Source: Thermoplasmata archaeon
Lineage (GTDB): Archaea; Thermoplasmatota; Thermoplasmata; UBA10834
NCBI GenBank assembly: GCA_029864565.1
Contig: JAOTTD010000001.1
Coordinates: 66,232-130,231, forward strand
Direction: 5' to 3'
DNA: 64,000 nt
Under the pieces are notes generated by a model. The model saw only the letters and a list, made by a program, of their open reading frames with translations. It ran no database searches and was not told where the DNA came from. The translations under genes and the position numbers were made by a program. Numbering within the stretch: the stretch's first letter is position 1; every line of letters begins with the position of its first letter. This document shows positions 8,053-18,597 of this stretch, piece after piece.

Positions 8053-11000
8053 ATGAGAGCACGCACGAGATACGTTTGTGTCCTGGTGGCAGTCGCTTTC
8101 GTCGCGAGCGCGGTCTCAGTAGCTCTGCCGTCGCCCGCCTCGGGAGAGAATCCAGCGACTGGCGTCGGGAAGTTGGAGCCAGAATTGAGAACGCAAGTGC
8201 AGGAATCGATGATGTCGGCGCCGGATACGATATTCCGGACCGTCGTGTTCCTTGACGAAGGCGCGGACGTGTCCGAGTCGGGCAAGGCCATGGCAGGCGC
8301 GGGAGCGATGGTTGCGGACCGGTTCGACGCTCTCGGAGCGCTGTCCGTCGAGATGAGCGCGAAGTCCGCGATGAAGGTTGTAGGCCTCGACCAGGTCAAG
8401 AGGGTGTATCTGGATGGCATGAAGTATCTGCTGCCGGCGATGAAGGTCGAATCGGAGACGACTGTTGGTGCGGCGGCTTCTGCGGACTACGTGACCGAGG
8501 AGTCCGCCGAGACATGGTGGGCATCGACCTCGGCTGAGATGGGTGCTGAGGATGTTTGGGACATGGGGATCACCGGTGACGACGTCGTCGTGGCAGTCCT
8601 CGACACAGGCTGCGACCTTGACCAGTTGGACCTGGCCGGAGCGATAGTCGCGTCCAAGTCGTTCACGAGCGAGGAGTTCCATGATGTGGACGGCCACGGG
8701 ACCGCCACGGCGGGCTTGGTGGCCTCGAGAGGTGTCAACGACTACGAGATACCGCAGTTCGATGGCGTCGTGAAGATGAAGGGCATGGCTCCGGAATCGC
8801 TCATCATGGCCGGCAAGGTCCTGACCGATGAGGGATGGGGCTACGACTCTTGGATTATCGGCGGCATCAACTGGGCGGTGTCCGGAGACGATGGTGTTCC
8901 CGAGACCAGCGACGAAGCGGACATCATAAGCATGAGCCTGGGCGGTATGGAGGTCCCCAACGACGGGAACGACCCCACATCATACGCCCTTGACGTAGCG
9001 GCCGATACTTACGGCATAGCGTCCTTCCTGTCAGCAGGCAACGAGGGGCTCGGACAGAGCACCGTCGGATCAGCTGGCGTGTCGAAGACCACGATAACCG
9101 TCGGGGCGTCCACGCTCAATCCCGAGTGCCAGCTGTTGAAGTACTGGCCGCTGTCTGACTACTACGAGCAATATCTCATCGTCAAGGAAGGCGAGGACGG
9201 CTACGAGAACAACCACATGATTTGGTTCAGCAGCCGCGGACCTGCCGCTGACGGCCGGATAGATCCAGACATATGCGCTGCGGGCGCGTGGGGGCCGTCG
9301 TTGGCTCCGGACAACGCGATCGAAATGCAGTTCGGCGGGACAAGCATGGCCGCCCCAGTCGCTGCGGGGATAGGCGCGCTCGTTTACCAGACGTTCGTCG
9401 AGAAGAACGGCGTCGCACCGACGCCCGACGAGCTGAAGGAGATAATCATGGGTACAGCCATGGACATGGGCTATGGCCCGAACGAGCAGGGGCCGGGCAG
9501 AGTGGATGCTTTGGCCGCCTACGAAGCCGTCATGAGCGGCTGGGAAGCGCCTGGCCCGATGTCCGTCGCGCTGACCCTTGGCGTGGGCGACTCGGCATCA
9601 GTCGAATATGCGGGGGGGGCGACGCTCTCAACCAAGGCGATAGTGCCGAGCGGCGACGACCCAGTCATGTTCTCCGATGTCTGTGCCAAAGCGACCGATA
9701 TCTTCGTACCATTCGACGTGCCTGACGGCGTCGACTACCTGACCATTGACCTGGCGTTCGCACAGAAGCCGGTGTTCTCAAGGGACGTCCACAACCTGAG
9801 AAGCGCGGGTGGATACACGGATACGCACCTGAACATCATCCTCTACCGTCTAGACGGGGACGGAGAGAGGACGATGATCAACTACGCGTACGCGCACACG
9901 AACACTCAGGAAATGAACGCGCGCGTGACGCCTGGAGACTACGAGCTGCGCATATCGCCGGTCATGTACACAGTGCCCAAGATACCGTTCGATGTGGGCA
10001 TCGAGTTCTTCACGTCGGAGACGTGGAGCTGGGTCTCGACCGACGGTTCCAAGGCGACGGTAGCCGTGCCATCCGACGCGACGCCTGGCGTGCATGCTGG
10101 GTTCATAGAGGTCGATTGCGGAGGCGTCAGCTCGCTCGTGCCAGTGGCAGTGTCAGTGCCGATAACAATCGGCGAGGCATTCGAGGATTCAATAGACGTC
10201 GGCCACGAGGTCTGGGGATTCAACGAGGGCGACTGGAAGTACTACTTCGTCGAGGTCCCGGAGGACGGCACTCCACCAGCCATGACGGCCGTGCTCGATT
10301 GGGGGAGCTGGAACACGGATATAGACACCTACTGGATAACGCCCGACAGGAGCGTGCAGGAGGCATCGATCACGCCGTACATAAGGGACGGCATATTCGG
10401 CCCGTGGACGACCTCGACCGGGGATTCGGCTGATGTGCTGACCGTGTTGAGCCCCGAGCCTGGCATGTGGATGCTGGCGCTGCACATCGTGCTGATGGAG
10501 AAAGTGCTGCAGGAGCCGTACAGCCTCGTCGTGTTGCCTTATAGCGCGGCCGAGTTCGGAGTCGAAAGCATATCCATGAAGCCCAACACTGAGACCACGG
10601 TCAACCTGAACAACAATCTTGACTACACTGTCGGTGTGGGCCTGAGGACCGTAGGCAACACCCTGAACACGGCGACCGAATCGTATACTGGCACGATATC
10701 GTCGTTCGACCAGGGCGGCGACGGTTGTGTCGATGTGCTGTTCGATGTCGATCCGCTGACGATCTCCACGACGGTCACGATAGAGTGGGGCGATTCTGAC
10801 GCGGACATAGATGTCACGGTCTACGGAGGCGACTGGAGCAACTGGGGCATTCTCTGGGAGAGCGGCGACTCGCTCGTCTTCGATAGCCCGGTACCTGGCG
10901 AGTGGGATGCTGGCGTGGCTCTGGCGAACAGCGCGTCCGAAGTGACCTATTGGCTGAACGTGACGACGGTCATCAATGCCGCGTGGACCTCCCTCGCGCT

Positions 11001-11166
11001 GAGCGTGTACGAGGTGTGGCTCGACCCGGTGGGATCCGTGGAGCTGACCGTGTCCCTGTCTGCGCCGATGGGCACCACCGCTGGAATGATTGTGGCATAC
11101 GACCTCGTCACTGGCTGTGAGTACGACACACTGGTTGTATCAGGGAGCGGAAAGCCCTCGATGTAG
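8053..11166 (+). CDS. Large secreted S8 subtilisin-like serine protease with C-terminal beta-rich (PPC-like) domains
   Basis: GGAGGAGG SD before ATG 8053; signal peptide; VLDTG (D), DGHGTATAG (H), SAGNEG (N), GGTSMAAP (S). Confidence 0.93.
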   Translation: MRARTRYVCVLVAVAFVASAVSVALPSPASGENPATGVGKLEPELRTQVQESMMSAPDTIFRTVVFLDEGADVSESGKAMAGAGAMVADRFDALGALSVEMSAKSAMKVVGLDQVKRVYLDGMKYLLPAMKVESETTVGAAASADYVTEESAETWWASTSAEMGAEDVWDMGITGDDVVVAVLDTGCDLDQLDLAGAIVASKSFTSEEFHDVDGHGTATAGLVASRGVNDYEIPQFDGVVKMKGMAPESLIMAGKVLTDEGWGYDSWIIGGINWAVSGDDGVPETSDEADIISMSLGGMEVPNDGNDPTSYALDVAADTYGIASFLSAGNEGLGQSTVGSAGVSKTTITVGASTLNPECQLLKYWPLSDYYEQYLIVKEGEDGYENNHMIWFSSRGPAADGRIDPDICAAGAWGPSLAPDNAIEMQFGGTSMAAPVAAGIGALVYQTFVEKNGVAPTPDELKEIIMGTAMDMGYGPNEQGPGRVDALAAYEAVMSGWEAPGPMSVALTLGVGDSASVEYAGGATLSTKAIVPSGDDPVMFSDVCAKATDIFVPFDVPDGVDYLTIDLAFAQKPVFSRDVHNLRSAGGYTDTHLNIILYRLDGDGERTMINYAYAHTNTQEMNARVTPGDYELRISPVMYTVPKIPFDVGIEFFTSETWSWVSTDGSKATVAVPSDATPGVHAGFIEVDCGGVSSLVPVAVSVPITIGEAFEDSIDVGHEVWGFNEGDWKYYFVEVPEDGTPPAMTAVLDWGSWNTDIDTYWITPDRSVQEASITPYIRDGIFGPWTTSTGDSADVLTVLSPEPGMWMLALHIVLMEKVLQEPYSLVVLPYSAAEFGVESISMKPNTETTVNLNNNLDYTVGVGLRTVGNTLNTATESYTGTISSFDQGGDGCVDVLFDVDPLTISTTVTIEWGDSDADIDVTVYGGDWSNWGILWESGDSLVFDSPVPGEWDAGVALANSASEVTYWLNVTTVINAAWTSLALSVYEVWLDPVGSVELTVSLSAPMGTTAGMIVAYDLVTGCEYDTLVVSGSGKPSM

Positions 11167-11224
11167 GCGCCTGCCCGAATCGAAACCCCTTTGTCAAACC
11201 CCTTCATCTTTCTCGCTCAGACGG

Positions 11225-12241
11225 TCACCTGCGGCCGACCTTGTGACAGGCGACGAAGTGCCCGTTCCCGATGTCTATCAGCTCGGGCTCGGTCTCCCTG
11301 CACACACCCATGGCAAGCGCGCATCTGGGATTGAACCTGCACCCCTTGGGCGGGTTCGTAGGGCTCGGAATCTCGCCCTCGATGCCCTTCTTCTCCGACC
11401 TCAGCTTCGGGTCGGGTATGGGGATGGAAGCTATGAGCGCCTGCGTGTACGGGTGCATCGCGTGCTTCAGGAAGACATCGGCGGGCGCGAGTTCCACGAT
11501 CTTGCCCAGATACATGACCGCGATCCTGTCGCTCATGTGCCCGACGACCGAAAGGTCGTGAGATATGAACAAGTAGCTCAGGCCGAGCTTCGCCTGCAGC
11601 CCCTTGAGCAGGTTAAGTGCCTGCGCCTGGACCGATACGTCCAAGGCTGAGGTCGGTTCATCAAGTACTATGAAATCGGGATCGAGCGCGAGCGCCCTGG
11701 CAAGGGCAATTCTCTGTCTCTGGCCTCCGCTGAACTCGTGAGGCAGCCTCGACAGATGATCGTGCGACAGGCCGACCTGTTCTATCAGCACGTGGATGCG
11801 CTCCCTCCTTGCGACGTTCGGATCCTTGGCACCCTCGGGAGGGCCGTGGATCGCAAACCCCTCGCCCACGATGCGCTCGACCGTTATCCTCGGATCGAGA
11901 CTTGAGTACGGGTTCTGAAAGACTATCTGCATCCTCTTCCTCATTGCCCTTAGCTCTCTTCCGGTAAGCTTCATGACGTCCTTCTGGTCGAAGACCACCT
12001 TGCCACTTGTCGGCTCCACCAGCCTGAGAATCGCCCTGCCAACGGTCGTCTTGCCGCATCCGCTCTCCCCCACGAGTCCGAGGGTCTCGCCTCTCATGAC
12101 GGACAGGCTGACGCCGTCCACCGCGTGCACGTGCCCGACCACCTTCCCGAATACACCCTTCTTGACCGGGAAGAACTTCACCAGATCCTCGACCTGAATG
12201 AGAGGTTCACTGAGGCTTGCAGGCATGGCATCATTATCCAT
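11225..12241 (-). CDS. oppF: Oligopeptide ABC transporter ATPase (OppF/DppF-like)
   Basis: [26 protein letters not shown]-terminal CRFNPRC...C...VACH; ATG 12241 after GGGGGTGA. Confidence 0.92.
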   Translation of the reverse strand: MDNDAMPASLSEPLIQVEDLVKFFPVKKGVFGKVVGHVHAVDGVSLSVMRGETLGLVGESGCGKTTVGRAILRLVEPTSGKVVFDQKDVMKLTGRELRAMRKRMQIVFQNPYSSLDPRITVERIVGEGFAIHGPPEGAKDPNVARRERIHVLIEQVGLSHDHLSRLPHEFSGGQRQRIALARALALDPDFIVLDEPTSALDVSVQAQALNLLKGLQAKLGLSYLFISHDLSVVGHMSDRIAVMYLGKIVELAPADVFLKHAMHPYTQALIASIPIPDPKLRSEKKGIEGEIPSPTNPPKGCRFNPRCALAMGVCRETEPELIDIGNGHFVACHKVGRR

Positions 12242-13229
12242 CGGAAGGCTCACCCCCTGACCACAGATGACAGGAGACATAGTGTCCTCGGGAGATCTCT
12301 ACACGGCTGGGTCTATGTTTCGAGCAGACGTCCATCGCCTTGCCGCATCTGTCGACGAACGGGCAGCCCTTGAACGGGTTCATCAGATCGGGAACCGTGC
12401 CCTTTATCACTGACAGCTCGTCCTTCTTCTCGCCGAGCTTGGGAAAAGCTGTCAGAAGGCCCGCAGTGTACGGATGCCTCGGGTGTTCGAAGAGCTCGAA
12501 GGTCTCTGCGTCCTCCACGATCCTACCAGCGTACATGACACATATCCTGTCGCAAGTCTCGGCGACGATACCCAGATTGTGGGTGATGAGCATCATGGAA
12601 CTCCCAGTCTTCGCGACGAGGGCCTTGAGAAGCTTCAGTATCTGCCCTTGGATGGTCACGTCGAGAGCAGTGGTGGGCTCGTCCGCGATTAGCATGGACG
12701 GCGAACAGGACAGCGCGAGGGCGATCATGACCCTCTGCTTCATACCCCCGCTCAGCTCGTGAGGGTACATCTCCATCACTTCCTTTGGAGCCGCTATCCG
12801 CACGAGCTCAAGAGCCTCGACGACCTTCTTCTCAAGTGCCACCTTCTCGTAGATGCCTTGATGAAGCGATATGACCTCGTCCAGCTGGCTCCCGACAGTG
12901 AATACCGGATCGAGAGCGGTAGACGCGTCCTGGAATATCATGGATATCTCGGTTCCACGAACCGAGCGCATCCTGTCCAAGTCCAAGGTCGTGAGTTCGA
13001 TGCCCTTGTACTTGATCGAGCCCGCGGTGATCCTCCCCGGATGCGGTACCAGACGTAGGATGGAATACGCAGTCATGCTCTTCCCGCAGCCGGTCTCCCC
13101 AACGATGCCCACGGACTCGTTCTCGTAGATGGTGAGGTCGATCCCATCGAGAGCCGTCACAATGCCTTCGCGGAGGAAGAACTGGGTCCTCAGGCCCCGT
13201 ATCTCGAGGACTGGTTTCCTCGCACTCAT
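12234..13229 (-). CDS. oppD: Oligopeptide ABC transporter ATPase (OppD/DppD-like)
   Basis: [26 protein letters not shown]; start MSARKPVLE at 13229 overlaps the oppC stop. Confidence 0.92.
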   Translation of the reverse strand: MSARKPVLEIRGLRTQFFLREGIVTALDGIDLTIYENESVGIVGETGCGKSMTAYSILRLVPHPGRITAGSIKYKGIELTTLDLDRMRSVRGTEISMIFQDASTALDPVFTVGSQLDEVISLHQGIYEKVALEKKVVEALELVRIAAPKEVMEMYPHELSGGMKQRVMIALALSCSPSMLIADEPTTALDVTIQGQILKLLKALVAKTGSSMMLITHNLGIVAETCDRICVMYAGRIVEDAETFELFEHPRHPYTAGLLTAFPKLGEKKDELSVIKGTVPDLMNPFKGCPFVDRCGKAMDVCSKHRPSRVEISRGHYVSCHLWSGGEPSDG

Positions 13230-14140
13230 CTCCTCAACCCCTTCATGCGCGGGTCCAGCACGTCCCGCAGACCGTCTCCCAACAGGTTGAAGCCAAGGAT
13301 TGTGGCGACCATCGTGACTCCCGGGAAAGTAGATATCCAGGGGGCGTTGCCAAGGTAAAGTATGCCGCTCGACAGCATCCAGCCCCAGCTGGGCGTGGGT
13401 GGCTTCGTGCCGACACCGAGGAAGCTCAGGCTGCTCTCGATCGTGATTGCATCGGCTACGCCTATAGACGCCCAGACAATCAGGGGGGCGATGCAATTCG
13501 GGAGCACATGGGTGAACATGAGCCTCCAGTGCCTGGCACCGAGCGCCCTGCTCGCCTCAACGAACTGCCTCTCCCTCATCGAGAGCGCCTGCCCGCGCAT
13601 CAGCCTCGCGAAACCCGCCCAGTACGATATCGATATGGCGAGTATCACATTCATCAGACCTGCACCGAGGGCCGCGGCGAAAGCGAGCGCCAGTAGAAAC
13701 GGCGGGAAGGTCCAGAACAGGTCGATTGTGCCGGATATTATGTAATCGACCTTGCCGCCGAAATATCCAGCGGTCAAGCCGAGGACGATACCAATCATCA
13801 TTGAGACGACAACCGCGACCATGGCGACCGTGAGAGAGACTCTCGCGCCCCAGATGACCCTGCTGAAGACATCTCGCCCGTTCTCATCCGTGCCAAACCA
13901 GTTCTCAGACGACGGGGAAAGGAGCTGCTGGCCAGGCTCAAGATTCTGTTGGGTAGGGTCCGCAATCGGGAGCACAGGTGCGAGGAGGGCGATTGATATG
14001 ATGATCACGATCATCGTGAAACCAATCACGACCATCGGGTTCCTGCCACCTCTTTCGAGTATGCCCGCGAGGGTCTGCCTGACTCCGCCGGCCATCTTCC
14101 AGGCCAGCAGCTTGTCGTTCAAAGCCTTCCTCAACCTCAT
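13226..14140 (-). CDS. oppC: Oligopeptide ABC permease (OppC/DppC-like)
   Basis: FGTDENGRDVFSR, EASRALGA (EAA loop), HVLPN, ESSLSFLG, NLLGDGLRD. Confidence 0.93.
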   Translation of the reverse strand: MRLRKALNDKLLAWKMAGGVRQTLAGILERGGRNPMVVIGFTMIVIIISIALLAPVLPIADPTQQNLEPGQQLLSPSSENWFGTDENGRDVFSRVIWGARVSLTVAMVAVVVSMMIGIVLGLTAGYFGGKVDYIISGTIDLFWTFPPFLLALAFAAALGAGLMNVILAISISYWAGFARLMRGQALSMRERQFVEASRALGARHWRLMFTHVLPNCIAPLIVWASIGVADAITIESSLSFLGVGTKPPTPSWGWMLSSGILYLGNAPWISTFPGVTMVATILGFNLLGDGLRDVLDPRMKGLRR

Positions 14141-15078
14141 CCGAGCCTCACCCGCGGATCCACGTATGCGTACAGTATGTCAGCGAACAGATTTCCTGCA
14201 ATCACGAAGAAGGCCAGTACCAGAATGCATCCCTGCACCACGGGGAAATCGCTGTTAGATATGGACGTGGTTATGAGCATCCCTATACCTGGCCATTGGA
14301 AGACGGTCTCGACAACGACTGACCCGCCGATGAACCATCCAATGTCCAGGCCAATGACGGTTATGACTGGGAGGATGGCGTTCTTCAGCGCGTGCCTGTA
14401 TATGATCTCCTTCTCGGGTAGGCCTCGGGAGCGTAGCTGAGTGATGTAGTCCTGGCGTATCACCTCCAACATGCTTGACCGCATCATCCTAGTTGTCAGC
14501 GCTGCGTTTCCTAAGCCGAGAGTCATAGCAGGGAGTATGATACTGCCGAACCCTCCAGTAGTCCCCTCTATTGGCAGCCACCCGAGCTCCACTGCGAACA
14601 GCAGCATGAGCAGTATGCCGAGCCAGAACGAAGGCATGGCGTAGGCGAGCAGTGTGAAAACCATGACGCTCCTGTCCCCGAGTGTGTTGTGCCTCAAGGC
14701 TGAGAATACCCCAAGGGGAATGCCGAGTGAGTAAGACATCCCCAGGCCTATGCCCATCAGCTCCAATGTCCTGGGCAGCCTCTGGACTATCAAGCCGGAG
14801 ACATCGAGATTCCTGGTCGCCGCGCCAATGGAGATCCCGAGGTCGCCGTGCACCAGCCGCCACAGGAATAACCCGTACTGGACATAGGGGGGGTCGTTCA
14901 AGCCATACTTGTCCCTGATGGCGTCCAGTTCCTCAACGGACGCGTGAGGCGGCGCCAGGGCGGTTATGGGGTCCCCTGGGGTCAGGTACAACATCAGGAA
15001 CACTATCAGAGTAGCCAGTAAGATGATCGGTATAGCCAGCAGCATCTTCCTGATGACGTATGAGGCGAGGTCGGCCAA
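14137..15078 (-). CDS. oppB: Oligopeptide ABC permease (OppB/DppB-like)
   Basis: PGDP, GDLGIS, MPSFWLG, RSRGL..HALKNA, ETVFQWPGIG, LYAYVDPRVR; TTG start. Confidence 0.93.
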   Translation of the reverse strand: MADLASYVIRKMLLAIPIILLATLIVFLMLYLTPGDPITALAPPHASVEELDAIRDKYGLNDPPYVQYGLFLWRLVHGDLGISIGAATRNLDVSGLIVQRLPRTLELMGIGLGMSYSLGIPLGVFSALRHNTLGDRSVMVFTLLAYAMPSFWLGILLMLLFAVELGWLPIEGTTGGFGSIILPAMTLGLGNAALTTRMMRSSMLEVIRQDYITQLRSRGLPEKEIIYRHALKNAILPVITVIGLDIGWFIGGSVVVETVFQWPGIGMLITTSISNSDFPVVQGCILVLAFFVIAGNLFADILYAYVDPRVRLG

Positions 15079-15205
15079 CTCACCCGCCCCCTTCGAACCT
15101 CAAGTTAGTCCTTGACATCGCCTGATTCGCTCCGAGTTCCTGTCCCTTTGAGACCCGCGCCGTGTTAAATCAGGAAAGGGTTTGAGGGTTTGGAGTGCGC
15201 CGGAC

Positions 15206-16933
15206 CTACTTCTCTATGTCGACGTCCACTATGTTGATGACTTGCTCCTGTCCGAGCGGGTTGACAGCCCATCCGGGGTCGCCCTTGAACGTCACATAGT
15301 TGTGGACCGCGAATATCTGGTGCCAGAATACTAGCGGAGTCCACGCGGCCTGTTCCAGCAACCGTATGTGCGCCGCAGTCGCGTTGTCTGAGAATTCCTG
15401 CTCGGTCTCCGCATATGTCCAGTTGGTCACGTAGTCGTCGAACACGTCGTCAATATACCATCCGGTGTTGGACCCTCCAGCAGCCCACGTGCCGAAGTGC
15501 CAGTCCAGTATCTCGGCCCTCGGCCAAGAGTACCAGAACAGGATGGCTTCCTGGCTGCCTTCCGAGGCCATGTCTCTGAGCTGCGTCTCGGCGTACGGGG
15601 TGAGCGTGACGTGGACTCCGACATCCTCGAACTGCTCCTGGACTATCTCGCCCATCTGGATGTCCTCGCCCTTGTTCGTCGTCCAGAGGTCCAAGGACAG
15701 CTCTCCCGAGGCGTTCTCTAGCCATCCGTCGTCGTCTGTGTCCGTGAATCCGGCAGCTTCGAAGAGATCCATCGCCTTGTCGACATCATACGTGTAGTTG
15801 TACTCCGCCGCGACGTTGTACGATTCGGGCTCGATTGGCGAGAGCAGGTTCACACCCTCCTCGGCGAGGCCATGCCAGACCGTGCTTACAATCTGAGCCC
15901 TGTTCACGGCGTAGCAGAATGCTTTACGGAGCGTCGGGTTGTCCCACGGGTCCTTCTGGCAGTTGAATTCGACATGGTATGTGCCCTGGCCCGGTCCCGT
16001 GATCACGGTGAGGGCGGAATCGTCCTCATACGCCTGCACCTTGCTTGGAGGCACCTGCTGCAAGACGTCTATCGCACCACTCTCGAACCCGGCGAACCTC
16101 GTGGCCTGGTCCGTGATGATCCTGTAGATTATCTTGTCTATATTCGCGGGGCCCTTGTTCTCATACCATGAGAAACCCCAGTCGTAGTCCGGGTTCTTGA
16201 CGAGGGTGATGTGATCTCCGGGGATCCACTCATCGAGCATGTACGGTCCTGTCCCGACGACCTTTCCATTGGCGGTGCCGTACAGGTCCAGACCATCCTC
16301 TTCGAGCGCGTCCGGGCCCATCATCGAACCGTACAGGTGCGAGAGGTTGAACTGCAGGGCCACATCTGCCCACGTCAGGTTCAGGACCATGTTGTAATCG
16401 TCCTTGCACCATATGCCAGCGTCTGGCCAACCGGTCTTGTTCTCGCAGCCGTAGATGGCCCAGAACTCGTACTGGACCCAGCTGTCGTCCTGGGCGTAGT
16501 AGTTGATTATCCTCTTCACCGCGTCCGTGTCGAATGGCAGCCCGTCATGGAACTTTACACCCTGTTTCAGCCGGATCTCGAAAGTCGGGTGGTCCGGGTC
16601 CGTCCGGTTCATGTTCCACCACTCGGCAAGCCCATCGGCGTAGTCGCCGTTCAGGTCCCTCGTGATGAGAGTTTCGTAGATCAAGCCGGGCGGGCCATAC
16701 ATCGCGCTGGTCTTGGCAGGATCCATGGCCTGTACGTCGGAGCTCATAGCTACGACCAGGACTTTCTCGTCGCTCTCCCCTCCCAACAGTCCGAAGGCCC
16801 ACGCACCCGCGAGACCTGCGACTAAGAGGACCACGACGATTACGGCCGCGATTAGAGCCCTGCTCTGCGGGCGGCCGGGTCGTGCCTTCGGTTGTGCAAC
16901 TCCACTCCCAGATTCACTCTCTGAACTCCCCAC
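15206..16933 (-). CDS. oppA: Family-5 peptide ABC substrate-binding protein, N-terminally membrane anchored
   Basis: N-terminal TM segment; LKQGVKFHDG, VGTGPY, KNPDY, LRKAFCYAVNR; first gene of the opp operon. Confidence 0.92.
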   Translation of the reverse strand: MGSSESESGSGVAQPKARPGRPQSRALIAAVIVVVLLVAGLAGAWAFGLLGGESDEKVLVVAMSSDVQAMDPAKTSAMYGPPGLIYETLITRDLNGDYADGLAEWWNMNRTDPDHPTFEIRLKQGVKFHDGLPFDTDAVKRIINYYAQDDSWVQYEFWAIYGCENKTGWPDAGIWCKDDYNMVLNLTWADVALQFNLSHLYGSMMGPDALEEDGLDLYGTANGKVVGTGPYMLDEWIPGDHITLVKNPDYDWGFSWYENKGPANIDKIIYRIITDQATRFAGFESGAIDVLQQVPPSKVQAYEDDSALTVITGPGQGTYHVEFNCQKDPWDNPTLRKAFCYAVNRAQIVSTVWHGLAEEGVNLLSPIEPESYNVAAEYNYTYDVDKAMDLFEAAGFTDTDDDGWLENASGELSLDLWTTNKGEDIQMGEIVQEQFEDVGVHVTLTPYAETQLRDMASEGSQEAILFWYSWPRAEILDWHFGTWAAGGSNTGWYIDDVFDDYVTNWTYAETEQEFSDNATAAHIRLLEQAAWTPLVFWHQIFAVHNYVTFKGDPGWAVNPLGQEQVINIVDVDIEK

Positions 16934-17188
16934 CTTATCTCCTCCAGATAGATCAAGTGAGAATCAGTCACAAAGGCGCCAACACGAGGCCAACGAATAC
17001 CCGTGACCTATCTCCTTCGATTGACGGCATTCGAATCAGCCTATGCCCTATTTATAACCCTGTGATGGCCGCCTTTGAACGTGCCGATAATCGCGCTCAA
17101 ATGTACAACTTGTGTGGTGCTGAACCAGGGGGCATTTCAGATATGAAGATGAAAATCAAGTAAGTGGTTTGGATGCCAGACTCGCTGG

Positions 17189-18451
17189 CTATTCGAAGCC
17201 CCAGTAGGTCTGCAGGAACTCCCACCAGCCCATATTCGGGAACTCGAATGTCATGTAGGTTTCGTACCCACCCCACTCCGAATCGGCATATGCGATCGTG
17301 TATGAGCTGTGGCTCGCAGGGAAGGTTATGCCCATGCCATTGTACCCGTACAGCTCGCTGTTCTTGGCGGTTCCCATGCCCAGCATAGCCTCTCCGTACG
17401 CGTCCAAGACGGCCTCGCACGCCGCGTACGCGGGGTCACCCTTCTTCACGTTCTCCATGATCTGCTCAACGAAGGAGGGCATGTCGATCCAGCTCTCGCC
17501 GCGAGCGCCCCACGGAATGATGGAGCTCCGCTGGGCGGCGCCAATAATCTGCCGGTAGGAGTCGATATCGCCCGCCAGTGTGCCCGCCATCGCCGTGACC
17601 GCCTCTCCGAGCGCCGCGATCTTCGACATGTTGAATATCGACTGCGTCGTCAGCATCTCGCTCATGTACGGCGGCTGGTTGAACAGGTTCGTGAACTCCT
17701 CGACGATGATCGTGCAGAGCTCGAGCGCCTCCATCTCCGGGTTCAATATGAGCCTCTGGACGATCTTGTCGTACGAGAATCCGCGCCATCCGATGTAGCT
17801 CTCGCTCGCGACCATATAGTCGACACTCAACCCGTTCGACACGTACTCGTACAGGGTCTCCATCTGGCCTATCGAGCACTCGTCGCAGGCGATGATGTCC
17901 ATGTGATAGCCTTCCAGAGCGGCCATCATCTCGTGGTGCGACAGCCAGTCCCAGCTGGTTCCCGGCTCGTCGCCTTCCATCGTCGTGTCCACGCCAACGC
18001 CGCCCGTGGGCGTGCCATGGTCCCAGAAGAACAGCAGCATGTGCTCCGCCGGGAAGTACGTGTCGCTGTACTCGACGAAGTCCGTCAGCGTCGCAGGGTC
18101 GCCCATGTTGACCTCGCCCAGACTCTTGAGTTCGACCATCTCATGGTCTTCGATGCAGTACAGGTATGCGGGCTCGTACAATCTGTCGACCAGGACCAAG
18201 ACGTTCACTGAGGCGCTGGAGTCGCCGTCCTTTAGTTCCTGGAAGTCCTCCTCGGTGTACGGGTCAAGGTCGTTGTCCGCGACAAGATACACGAGCACCG
18301 ACCACTCGGCGACATCCCTCGCTTCCTCATCCGCCGCCTCGCTCGGCAAGTCCTCCGTCCCCACGGCACTCAAGCCTGCGAGCAGAGAAGCGACGAACAA
18401 AGCCGTCACTGATACACTGATGATTGCCTTTGATCTCTCGTAGGGAATAAT
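17189..18451 (-). CDS. Second clostripain-family (C11) peptidase, secreted; probable ATT start
   Basis: WSVLVYLVADNDL, NMGDP, FWDHG (His), CDECS (Cys), VASE; GGGGGTGA SD 4 nt before in-frame ATT at 18451 (GTG at 18409 is the alternative). Confidence 0.87.
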   Translation of the reverse strand: MIPYERSKAIISVSVTALFVASLLAGLSAVGTEDLPSEAADEEARDVAEWSVLVYLVADNDLDPYTEEDFQELKDGDSSASVNVLVLVDRLYEPAYLYCIEDHEMVELKSLGEVNMGDPATLTDFVEYSDTYFPAEHMLLFFWDHGTPTGGVGVDTTMEGDEPGTSWDWLSHHEMMAALEGYHMDIIACDECSIGQMETLYEYVSNGLSVDYMVASESYIGWRGFSYDKIVQRLILNPEMEALELCTIIVEEFTNLFNQPPYMSEMLTTQSIFNMSKIAALGEAVTAMAGTLAGDIDSYRQIIGAAQRSSIIPWGARGESWIDMPSFVEQIMENVKKGDPAYAACEAVLDAYGEAMLGMGTAKNSELYGYNGMGITFPASHSSYTIAYADSEWGGYETYMTFEFPNMGWWEFLQTYWGFE

Positions 18452-18597
18452 CCCCTCACCCCCAAAGTTCAGAGCTGGAAGTGTGCCCGCAACTTATTAC
18501 CCTTTCCATACTGACTATATAAGCTGTGAAGAGTGAGTCGGCCCGCAATCCTTTGGGGATAGCACAGCCCAGTCATCAGAATCAGATTCCTTGAGCG